64,000 bases of DNA from Saccostrea cucullata (taxonomy: Eukaryota), in NCBI RefSeq assembly GCF_032062105.1, contig NW_026932818.1, positions 372,001-436,000 on the forward strand. Direction: 5' to 3'. Both the position numbers and the translations under genes were made by a program. Positions 38,694-51,400 of this stretch are shown here, piece after piece. Below the pieces are notes generated by a model, which was given only the letters and a program-made list of their open reading frames with translations, had not been told where the DNA came from and made no database searches. The first letter of the stretch is position 1, and every line of letters starts with the position of its first letter.

Positions 38694-39612
38694 AGAAACG
38701 ATCTCAGAGCTCAGAAAAACCAGTGCGTGTTATTAATAGAAACTAATAATTTTATTGGCATCTGTCCTAAAATAGAGCATACACGATCTGTGTGCACTAA
38801 AGAAGGATGTATGTATCTTACACGTTACATGTCGGAGATTAATTACTGCATTAAATCGCCAGCTATTGTAATTTGAAACTTAATTTCAATATTTAAAATT
38901 TTTCTACTGAACAACATCACTGAATTTTATAGCAAAAATCATCAATATTATTTTATTAGTAAGAGCCGTCTAAGTATCATTGATAAACCCTTCCACAATT
39001 GTTTATCTCTGTATATAGTTTTTTTTTTTTAAATAAAGTCATTTACGGTACACGCCGTCATTTCAGCTTCAGGCCCCAAGACCACAAATTAAGAACAGAC
39101 TTAATTTAGAATTTTGATTTTTAATATCTTGAGTTTTAATTAAAGTATTTGCTTGAAAATTTGCAATATTGTGTAATATTTACATTCAAATATATGTCGA
39201 AAATTTTGTTTCAATATCAAGATTATTTCAAAAGTTATATAATAATTTGATTTTGACTTTAGTCTCTTCTCAATTTATAGTCCTGAGGCCAGGAATATAG
39301 ATCAACATGTGTTTATAAGATGTGATGCATAATACAGCAACGAGCCTTAAGGAAATCCTAAATCATAAGATTTGACCAATATGAACTTCATAAAAACCTA
39401 TGTACAATTTTAAACATTTTAATATTTAACCAATTGAAGTCCAGACTTTTTGACATCACAAATACCAGATTTTTAAAAATGGAATTCGCAAACATACGTT
39501 CTTTGTCATTGGTTATCCGCAAGTTGCTTTTGTTAATTAAAAGAAAATTCTGATTGTTCAAAAAAGTGCTTTGAAGTAACAGAGCATGAATTGACAATAT
39601 CTATGTAGGTTA

Positions 39613-40168
39613 AGTATCAGTCACATTATCCAGCGATGGGGTATACGATGAGAAACCAATGCGTTTTTTGATGAAAATGGCGTGGTTGCCGGCCGGGCAC
39701 CACTAGTGATCTGACGGTGACTGAGGCCATTTTGCGAATCGGTGGGGTCATCGGTAGGAAATAATTCATAGTTAAAATTCAGCGATGTCTCCAACGATAC
39801 CTCACATCGCTCCTCATCGGCAACCCATCATTAACACATCTTTCAAGGATCGGCCGATGTATGGCCGAGCATCGTCCAATATCCGTTGAATCTGAGGTCA
39901 TCGGGGGGTTGAATGGTGTTCAACAGATAACGGCCGATCATCAGTCGATGTTCGACCAAACATTGGCCTGTAGTCGACCGATGTACGAACGATGTTCACC
40001 AATGTGTGAGCGATGTAATATACATCGGCCGATTATCCTGGAGCATCGTTTTATGATTAGCAATGCATCGCTGGGCCTTTGTAAGTCCGGCCGGCAACCA
40101 CGCCATTTTTATCATAAAACACATTGGTTGCCCATCGTATACCCAGCGCTGATAATGTGACTGATACT
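39613..40168. mobile_element. PIF/Harbinger-type MITE
   Basis: ~85-bp TIRs agtatcagtcacattatc..ggcgtggttgccggccgg / ccggccggcaaccacgcc..gataatgtgactgatact with 3-bp TTA TSD. A further Harbinger-like end follows at ~40180-40280. Confidence 0.85.
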
Positions 40169-41080
40169 TTAAGGACTACTATTCCGATGTGTACCGATGT
40201 TTGGGCATCGTTAACACCACGGATTACCACTGATTACCACCGGTCTACGGTCACCGGCCGGGAAATGTGACCTAGGAATTAGTGAGATCGTCTTCAAACA
40301 AGGTGATGGAATTTCTAAGGACACTTATTATTTTTGCTTTCATATGACGGAAAATTTATTTAGAAACTTCAAAATCAAAAGAAAAAACTTCATTCATTTC
40401 GACATTAGGGTATATGACTGAAGTTTTGCGAATAAAAGATATTCCTTTTTAGTCTTTGTAACCGAACACAAGAAAACACTGTTTCTATTTATTTATTTAA
40501 ACAGCAAGCAAACAGCAATGACGTTTGTGTCTTAAAATATACATATTACTATACCCATAAGTCAAATAGACAGGAAAATAAACACTTACATTATGAGGCA
40601 TGAAAAAGAAAAGTATTACAAAAACAAATACTTATATGGACAGCACGACCACAAGCTGTTATGACATTTACAATGGTTGGGGGGGGGGGGGGGGGTAGAG
40701 AAGTACTAGTAATCTAATCGAACCTGTGTATCTTTACCCAGATCTACAACGCAGGTGGAGTTGTTTCAAAGAAATCACCAGTCGGGTGTAAGATTCCAAA
40801 AGAGTGTTCGACAAAAGCCTTTACAAAATATTAGAATACTACTGATTTGATTCAAATAATCTAATATGAAATAAATTAACAAAAATGAGTTCGATACCCA
40901 CCTTTAGAGAATATATAAAATGACTTGGTCAAATTAACGTTGAGTTTATCGTTGAATTCGCAAGGAGAGTCACCATCGATTCTAGCACTGTTCAAAGTAA
41001 AAAAAAAAATAGCAACTTCTTTGTTCGATACGATGACCTTAGCGCTAACTAAAATTAAAGTTAAATTTGAAATACATGTA

Positions 41081-41520
41081 TATGCAGATAATGAACAGTA
41101 TTCAGGTTAACAAGTCCTAGAAACAATACAAATTTATCACAGAGTAATCACGGACCTCCAAAATATCAGAGGTGGGATCAGGTGCCATAGAGGAATGAGC
41201 ATATCCTGGCGGTCGGTCACTCCCAAAGTGCTCCTTGACATCCAGAAATAACGGAAAAATCTATCGACAATTCAGTGTGTAAGTAATCGTCAAATAATAA
41301 GTATGAAAAACTCAGTCAGTATTTGATTTGATGATAAAATATCTTTGCTGTCATGGTCTTTGTATCGACCATAGAACTTTAGAATGCTGATATTCTTGAT
41401 TCATCAACTTGTATATCAATAACTTACCTCATTTTAGAAATTGTTCATACGTAGAGCATGCTCTTGCGTATTGATTGCTGAATAAGCAAGGGAAGTTGAC
41501 GATTGAAACGTTTCAAGTTC
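41081..41520 (-). mobile_element. Decayed second fragment of the Penelope-like element
   Basis: Aligns by eye with 38073-38590 (ttgttcatacgtagagcatgctcttgcgtat shared; gtatcgaccatagaa; same 3' UTR). An oppositely oriented 3' fragment follows at 41640-41812. Confidence 0.8.
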
Positions 41521-42442
41521 TCTCGTTCTTCAGAATTCAATTCAAATTAAATCAACTATTTAGTGACTTCTAAATAATTTCTTAATCACTGTTTTCACAC
41601 AAACATGTTTATGCATTATTTTTCGTTAGCCCCATCACATAAGGACAAGGAGCACACGATGAGAGTTAAAGATCGACACAGGATGCTTTTTCCTTCATGG
41701 CACTAGATCCAAACTCTGATGTTTTTAGAGTTCAATTGTTCCTGTGCATGCTTTTAATTGTATGTTTCCGATAAACAATTGAGATTGGTTATTGATAGTT
41801 ATTGTCATATTTCTTAGCCACTTTCTTCCGAAAAGAACGATTAAAAAAGAAAAAAAATATTTAAGTAACGGAAAAAATGTGCTTGCAAAAGATTGGAAAT
41901 AATTATATCTTGCGTTTTAATATACAGTAAATTTGTTTGACGAGATCAGGAGTGCTAATGTGTCACTGTGTATGAAATTAAATAAATCTCTTTATTTCGT
42001 AATGATAATACATAATTTCACATGGTGTTTATATACAATATATCACTTCATATAATATAGGAAATTTATCAGTTGTCGTAATGTGCCGATGCATTCCGTA
42101 TACGTCGGAAGATCTTATTTGGAAAGCTACTACATCCTGCCTCTATCCTGGTGTCTGGAGCGCGACCAAAGAGTTTTACATACAAATCTTCGATGAGCGC
42201 AGACAGTTCAGCTAAAAGTTCAATACAGAAGGTATTTATGATATCACTCTACCGGTTGTTCCGGATATCCGAAGTGATCTGGTACGAACATCTTACATGG
42301 ACAAACAGGAATGGAGTCACGTGGCGGGTCAGAAACCTTATGAACATTTATATATATAAGTTTCCCTCTATACTTTAAACATCCTAAAAGTAATTGTATT
42401 CCTTGAAGATTCCTATTTGTTTCATGTACTAACAGAAACAAT

Positions 42443-45400
42443 ATGGGATTTCTTTTAGTGAGCATATGTTTTTTTCTTAGTCTCGGACAAATTAAAGGTA
42501 ATCTTTCTTCTAACTATAAAACAGGTTATTAGGGCTTTTCGACTTTTGTCGAAAAGACCTATTGTTTTCGTCTTGTTTATTATTATTATTATTATTAGGG
42601 CTTTTCGACTTTTGTCGAAAAGACCTATTGTTTTCGTCTTGTTTATTATTATTATTATTATACTTAGCAATTCTTCTGCTCAGATTTTCAGGAGTACCTT
42701 TAGAAATAGGTATTTTAATTTATGACTATTAAACAGCTTGTGTCAAAATATCTTGTCATTAAAGTTTTAGATTTCCGGTCTTGTCACTTCCGGTTTCTAA
42801 GTAGGGAAAACTGAAATTTCTGAAGAGGCCAAAAACATTTTTACTTTCAGTAACTAGACTCCCAAATTTTAGATATGAATTCTAGAGACCTAACCCTATG
42901 AAAAAGTGCGCGTAGCTGATTTTTGACTACAGATACTTTTCGAGATATAAGACTTCAAACATTGAAGAAGGGGGGATGAAATTTTAAAAAGTCACAATAA
43001 CGTTAGAAAAATTATTTTGAGCATAGATATATGTTAGAACTAATTAGTAGAACATATCTTGTAAGTTTCATATCAATCAGAGCAAAACTTCCGGTTTTAT
43101 TGGTCTTGAAATTTGTATATGGGAGTTTCTGTGTTAAAATGAAAACAGACATGGTACATTACCTCTTAAAGTAATCAATATTTTCTTGTTATATTTTGAA
43201 TACAGTATGACTCTAACACTATTCTGACTTCATTGGACTGTGAAACAAAAATTTCGGGAAATAAGGGATTTTTAGGGGCCAACATTGAAAACAGACCTTT
43301 GCCTGTAACTTTTTTGTTTCTCAATGAATTTTCAAACAGTTTTCAGATTTGAGTTCAGCATAAAGAGAACAGTTTAAAAATTATGGTCCGTGGGGTCACT
43401 TTTTGACCCCTTATAGGAGTTTTAGAGACCTGAAATATTGTATTTTTAAGCTTTTTCATAAAATGATAGTGTAAGAGTTATCTTTCTTTGTCAACCTGTT
43501 TGGAGTCTAATACGCTCTCTATGTTTCAATTTTGATATGCATATGAAGAGTACTTCCGGTTTTATGAGTACCTTAACATTGTCTATGGAGATTTCAATGT
43601 TAAATATGAAATGATACAATGTTCCATATCTGAAAAGGGAAGTAAGTAATTCTCGTGATATTTCACATGAATAATGACTTTCTCATTGTCTCGAGTTGGG
43701 AAGGTCATGGAAAGAAAAATCCCTTAAATAGAAGGGACTTTAGGGGTCAGTACAGAAAACAGTCTCTTCTCTGTAACTTTTTTATTTCTCAACCAATATC
43801 CAAACTAATTTTGGTTTTGCATTAAGCATAAAGAGTGCAGTTTAAAAATTATTGGCCGTGGGGTCACTTTTTGACCCCTTATATGAGTTTTAGTGGATTG
43901 AAAAATAGTTCATTTTCGTATGTTTTAAATATTCATGAAAGAGTTATGTTTCTTTGAGTAGACACTGGTGGACAAAGAGAATCGTTATGTTTTCAATTCA
44001 CTATTGATCTGAAAAGAACTTTTGCGATATTGTATTATTTGATTTTTTTAAATGTTTAATTTAAGATTTTTCTTTTCAAGGGGTCGAAAAGCCCTCCGTT
44101 TTTGTTGAACGACAAAAATAAGGTCTAGTTATTATTATTATACTGAACACTTCTATCGTTCAGCATTTAGGGAGTACCTTTGAGAATAGGTATATTATTG
44201 TGTAACCACTAAATAGCAAATTAAAATCTCTCGTGCGTGAAACAAGAACAACTTCCGGAATAGTCACTTCCGGTTTCTACTAAAGGAAAACTGAAAATTC
44301 TTAAGAAGCCGAAAAAATTTTTAATTTTAGAGTCTAGACTCCCAAAATTGAGATATGAATTTTAGAGACATAATCCAATAAAAAAGTGCGCGTACGTAAT
44401 TTTTGAACACAAATACTTTTCGAGATATAAGACTTCAAAGATTGAAGAAGGGGGGATGAAATTTTTGAAAGTCACAATTACGCTACAAAAATTATTTTGA
44501 GCATAGAAATATGTTAGAACTCATTAGTAGAACATATATTGTAAGTTTCATAGCAATCAGAACAGAACTTCCGGTTTTATGGGTCTTGAAAGTTTTATTT
44601 TTAATTGAAATTAATCGTGGAACATTATCTCTTAAAGTATTCAATATTTTCTTGTAATATTTTGTATGCAGAATGACTTTGATACTGTTGTGACATCATC
44701 AAATTATTAAATTGAAATGTTTGAAAATAGGGGATTTTTAGGGGCCAACATTGCAAACAGACCTTTGCCTATAACTTTTTTATTTCTCAATGAATTTTCA
44801 AATAGTTTTCAGATTTGACTTAAGCATACAAAGGACAATCTAAAAAATATGGTCCGTGGGGTCACTTTTTGACCCCTTATAGGAGTTTTAGAGACCTGAA
44901 AAATTGCATTTTTAAGTCTTTTAGAAAATATTTGTGAAGAGTTATCTCCCTTTGCCCACCTGTTTGGAACCTTATATGCTGTCTATGTTTCAATTTTGGT
45001 ATGCATATGAAAAGTACTTCCGGTTTTATGAGTGCCTTAAATTTGCCTATGGAGATTTCTATGTTTAGTTTGAAATCACGCTAAATTAATCATGGAACAT
45101 TATCTCTTAAAGTATTCAACATTTTCTTGTAATATTTTGTATGCAGAATGACTCTGAAACTGTTGTTACTTCATCAAATTATTAAACTGAAATTTTTGAA
45201 AATAGGGGATTTTTAGGGGCCAACCTTGAAAACAGACCTTTGCCTGCAACTTTTTTATTTTTCAATAAATTTTCAAATAGTTTTCAGATTTGACTTAAGC
45301 ATACAAAGGACAGTCTAAAAAATATGGTCCGTGGGGTCACTTTTTGACCCCTTAAAGGAGTTTTAGAGACCTGAAATTTTGTATTTTAAAGTATTTTCAA

Positions 45401-48400
45401 AAATAATTGTGCAAGAGTTATCTCCCTTTGGCAATCTATTTGAAGACTAATATGCTCTCTATGTTTCAATTTTGGTATGGATATGTAGAGTACTTCCGGT
45501 TTTATAAGTACCTTAAAATTGCCTATGGAGATTTCCATGTTAAATTTGAAATCATACGATGTCCATTATTTTCAAAGGGAAGCAAGGAAGTCTCATAATA
45601 TTTCACATGAAAAACTACTTTAGCATTGTCTTTCGGTGCTTAGGTCATGAAAATAAAATTTCTTAAAATAAAAGGGATTTTAGGGGTCAGTACAGAAAAT
45701 AGTTTTTTGTTTATTACTTTTTTTATTTGTCCATAGATCTTCAAACTGATTTCGGTTTTGAGTTAAGCGTAACAAGGGCAATTAAAAAATAATGGTCCGT
45801 GGGGTCATTTTTTGATCCCTTATGGATGTTTTAGAGACCTGAATTTATGTATTTTTAAGTAATTTTAAAAATAAAGATGCAAGAGTTATCTCCCTTTGTC
45901 AACCTGTTTGCAGTCTAATATGCTCTCTATGTTTCAATTTTGATATGCATATAAAGAGTACTTCCGGTTTTATGAGGCCCTTAAAATTCTCTATGGAGAT
46001 TTCCATGTTAAATATGAAATCATAGAATGTCCCATATATCAAAAGGGAAGCAAGCGATTCTCGTGATATTTAACATGAATAATGACTCAATCATTGTCTC
46101 CAGTTGGTAATGTCAGGGAAAGAAAAATCCCTTAAATAGAAGGGACTTTAGGGTTCAATTCAGAAAACAGCCTCTTCTCCCTATCTTTTTTTATTTTTCA
46201 AGCAATCTTTAAACTTATTTTGGTTTGGTATTAAGCAGAAAGAGTGCAGTTTAAAAAACATTACCCATGGGGTCACTTTTTGACCCCTTATATGAGTTTT
46301 AGTGGATTGAAAAAAAAAATACATTTTCATATGTTTTAAATATTGATGAAAGAGTTATTTCTCTTTGAGTAGAAAATGATGGACAAAAAGAATCGTTATG
46401 TTTTCAGGTCAGTATTTATCTTAAAAGAACTTTTGTGAAATTGAACCTTATGAGTTTTATATCATGTAAGTTTTTAAAGCTCCTGATTTTTAGGCGTCGA
46501 AAAGCCCTCCGTTTTTGTTGAACGACAAAAATAAGGTCTAGTATTTTTTTGTACTTCTGTTATCATGAAAAGACAACTATTGCATTAAAATCATATTTTG
46601 AATGGCACATCGCCATTTGAAACGCTTTTCCGCATATGGACGGTTAATAATTGCATATTTTCGAGACACATCTTGAGTATCTATGTGAAAAGAGGAAAAA
46701 TAAAGATAGAAAAAAAATCAGAGCAATTCTTTCTCTAGTTTGCATTGCTTATTTGAAAAAAGATAAATAGTTAAGTAAAAATTAAACAGCTACAAAACCT
46801 GCGCACATCGCATGAAATTCACATAGTATTTCTTTCTAGGTTATATCAGTCTTCCGATTCCTCAGTGTGGAGTAGGGAGATTAATTAATTACTAATGTGT
46901 AGTAATTGTTAGGCCATTATATGTGTTTGCTCGAAATATTTCCGAATTAGTTCATTTATATATAATTCTCTGTTAAGAGAGTTTCTGTCAATTTTTAAGC
47001 TACATGTACAGTTGAATATATGTTTATTTTGTTTGTTTTTCTAAATACATGTACGAGGGATGATCAAAAAGCTCGCGAACTATCTCTATATCTGCAAAAC
47101 TACAATTAGAATAAAATTTGATACAAACATACCCGTACACGACTTCTATAAATAGCATATGCTGAATTAAGTTTTGCTCCTTGTTTGTGACGTCACCATG
47201 TGAAAATGACGTCATATGTAGATCACTTGTGACAAAAAAAAATGGTTGTCTCAGTCGTTCTCGTTCAACGAACGACTGTAAAATTTATGGTATATCTTGG
47301 AAGTTCCTTTGCAGTAGCGTATAATAATTTGTACACAGTTAATTAAGACAAAAAGATTTTATAGAAATTTAATCAATGATTGGATTAATTGTTATAGTGA
47401 AGAAAGGGAGACGGTTAAAAATTATTTTTGTTCTGTCGCCCAGTGAAAGAAAGTTTTAAAAGATATGTGTTTTAAATTAAGCAATTTGCTATAAAAGACC
47501 TCAAATTTACAGTTTGAAAAATAATTGAATATCTTAATAATATAATTATTAAATACCTAAGATATCGTAAATTTAGATTTAAGACATATTAGGTATGATA
47601 AAAAGGAGGCACACATTCTCTATCCACCTTGAATAAACGTCTCTCCCGAGACAGCAGAGGATTTGGGTTTTGATGGTCGTCATGCTCATTTTAGGAAAGG
47701 ATATTCTTATCCACCTATTGTGTTGACGAGATTTGACTTTTTCTAACAAGGGAACTGTGCTTGTTATAAAAATTAACTTGCATGAAAAGCAATATAAAAC
47801 TCAAATTTGTGACAGAACGCTACGGAGCAGGTCATGTGACCGCCTATATTACGCGATTCGCGCATAAGCAGAACCGTGGCAGATGTACATTAAAATTGGA
47901 GACGACTAATTTAAAATATAATCAACACTGAAACCAAATATTGTTTCTTTTATGGAGGTTATTAAATTAGTTCGTGAACGTTTTTCTCACCCCCCGTATA
48001 CATCTTTACCTACAGGATTATATCTGTATATTGTTTGGAATCATTGTAAAAATATTTCTATGTTTATTTTTAAATATTTACATTTCCAATGTCTTTGTCC
48101 GAGATAAAATTACAAATTGTAAATGTAATTTATTTCCCTATCAATGTTTTGGCGCGGTTCCAAAAAAAATCACGTGCGGGGCGGAACAAACAGATAGACA
48201 GGAGCGGGGCTTGGAGCACGTGGATTGGCGGCATCAAAGCATGTAAATATAAGGAACAACTGTCTTATTTTTCAATTTCATGACGATGATCAATCGATTG
48301 GGTTGCTTGATAATTGATGCATAAACGCCTTCGGCGTTTATGCAAATTATCAAGCAACCCAATCGATTGATAGCATCATGAAATCGAAAAATAAGATAGT

Positions 48401-51400
48401 TATTCCTTAAATAAACGTATCTTCTTTGGAAATACTAGTTCTTTGCTTGGCTTAGGCAGAAGAGATTTGTTAAGTATTGTATGACAACCATCAGTTTTAT
48501 CCTTCTCAAGTTCATCATTGTTCTTATGTAATTTTCTGACTTATTTAAACAACAATGGTATATTTTTATGAAATAAAATTGATATGTAAGGAATTCAAGG
48601 GGGTCGACTGGAATGTCCACGACGCAATACTTCGCACATCATAGTAAAAAGAAGCATATTTACTGTTTCCGAGCAAAATTTTCCACTAGATTAATAAAGT
48701 TGCTCTGAATTAAAAAAAAAATGAAGGTTAAAAGATTTAATTTTTCTAACTGATTTTTAAAACGATTTTTTCAACTGATAGGTAGATTGAAATTGTTATG
48801 GTGTTATTTGTCGTGATGGAAATTGTTATGGTGTTTAAATGGGGTAATGAAAATGTTATCAAAGGAAGAGTATTGCATATATGCTCTTAAAATTAAAAAT
48901 TTAACATTTTTAGAATTTTTTGATCATTTTTATTACTATTTTTTTTTCGTATATATCCTTTGTATCTGTCATATTTTGTAGTACTCTACAAAAACAGAAA
49001 AATTCGTTAATTCTTTGCACGCAATCGAGATGTCGCCTCTGTAAACAAGACACTTCTAAAAATTTTGTGATTATTACATGTTAAGTACAATATGGTATTA
49101 CTCATTATATATATTATAATTTGAGAAAAAAAAGTCAGTTGTAGTATTATTATTATGTTCTTTCAAGTGCGAAAATTTGACGTTTTCCTGTAAAATCCTA
49201 TAGTAAATGTACCTGTATTTTGAATCGTTCCCTTAAATTAGTTAGACGGTAGATCGTCCCAAATCATTGCAGGTACACTGTTGTCAATGTTAGTTACATA
49301 CGTTATTAAATCAAAGAGTTTCTCTATTATAGTTTTCGCACAAGAAAATCCCAATGTATTCCCTTAAAGGATCGTAGTTTTCTTTCTCTCTCAAACAATT
49401 ACATGATATAAAATGCTTTATTGAGTAAGGACATAACAGTTACCATTTCTTTTTCAGAGTAGCAGCGTAAAAAAAATAATATTTTCTTCTCATTGTAATT
49501 GCTGAATAATGCATTTGGTAAACAGTTGTAGACAAAGTCTAAAAGGATTTTTAATTAATTTCAATTTGTAATTATAATGTCAATGGGCGGGATACTATAG
49601 ATCAGACCGAGCTTCCGTGTTTCTTTTCGGCTGGATCCACAAAACTCTTGCCTAAGAATAGGCCGTTGTTTGTTATTTTGTTTTATCAACCTTTTTGATG
49701 ACATGCAGCAGTTTAGGTCTTTTGAATCTAATGATATTTATAAGGGGGTAAACTTGAAATACATGAATTCTGTACCTTGCGAAAGATTACAAGGTTCGTA
49801 GCTTGTCTGGGTGACCCCCTTTTTTCTTATTTACATTATGTCACAATGTCATTATAATGATGGGGGTCAGATTGTGCAATATTTTGCCTAAGATGTGTAA
49901 TACTCTATATTTGAGTCCCCTTTTTATGACCCCCATTTTGTTAACTGTGTTCTACTTCTTTCGTCATTTACTTTAATAAATAACATATTTCACTTCTACA
50001 TTATGTTATTTGTTTTTCCTGCTTTAAAAAAACAAGCTCAGTCGTTCGGCAGAAGAACTAAGGAATACAAACACTCTGTCTTAAGAGTTGGCCATAAATA
50101 CTGTGTACATGAAGATTATATTTTGCAGCCTTCCACACTCAGCCGTGAAAACAAAATTATCACCCTGGGGTGTAAAGTACCTATTACAGAAATCTATATC
50201 GTCTCTTTTTTTCTTATTTCTCGGGTATCTAACATCATTTTCTGAACCTTTTTGTCACTTTTGCGATACTGATAAATGTTTTTGACTTTGAAGGTGAACA
50301 AGTGGAGGATGTAACCATTATTGGGGCCGGTATTGGGGGGGCCTACACAGGGTGGAGGCTCAGGAACAAAGGCCTCCGAATAGGAATTTATGAATACTCA
50401 AATCGTGTTGGAGGCAGGATGTACACAAGAACTTTTCCAGACGCCCCCGACCTTCCTGTAGATTTTGGAGCCATGAGGTTAAAACCAGCAGACCATCTCA
50501 GGATGATTAAAGCCGGTAGAGAATTAGGGTTAACATTCATTCCTTTTGTTGAAGAATCGGGTCGGATTCCCGAACGCACCCGCCTTTTCCTGCGAAACAC
50601 TCACATGTCTATCCCTGAGTTGGAAACGTCCAAAAACCCCTACAGACTTAGCCCAGGGGAAAGAAAAAATCCTGCTGAATTAAAAAGGTGAGTTTTAAGA
50701 CTTTTCTGAAAGGAAGCTCAAAAAAGTTTTGCGTTCATTGCTATTGCATTCTTGAAACTTGATCAATATGCTTTTTAAAAATTTCATGCAACTCTTTCAG
50801 TACATTGATATAAATTGAAGATTTAATGCATCTGTTGTTGGTAGAATTAATTCAATTTGTTCTAATTATCTGTTAATTAAACATACTTAATATGTAAACG
50901 ATATGGAATGATTGAAATTGCTTAATAAATGAAATCTAGATCTATAAATTACCCCAGCAGGCACACAACGTTGTTTAAACGTTGAATATTAGTTGAAGTT
51001 GGGTTTAGACGTTGATAAATCTAGATACAATATTGATTCAACGTTGAAAATTTAACGTTGAATCAACATTGAATTCAAATTGAGTTGAATTGCCAACATT
51101 GATTCAACGTCGGATCTTCGCTGAGCGGTCCAATCCTATTTTTCGCTGATAGATAATTTGGACTATGATAGTGTCGGACTATAACACTGTCGGACCATAA
51201 CGAGGTCGGACTTGATAAAGTCGCACTACCGTATATCATTACTAACTATTATAACTAACAAGAATGGTAGATATAGGAATTTTACACATTCAATGATAAA
51301 TATGAATTCAGTACGAATTTGCCAAAGTACGAATTAAAAGCATACGCAGTAGGACATCCGGAAAATATTTTTAAAAACAGCAAAACACAACCCTCAGGAC

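Noticed and set aside
42660-46500. CRISPR-like array
   Set aside because: The units are ~470-bp homologous tandem repeats without unique spacers, in a eukaryotic intron, with no cas genes.
49640-50080. Antisense mini-gene in the intron-1 block shared by LAAO B and C (ORF 59029-59352)
   Set aside because: Splice-like sites exist, but the frame is not conserved between the two copies and no protein motif is recognisable.
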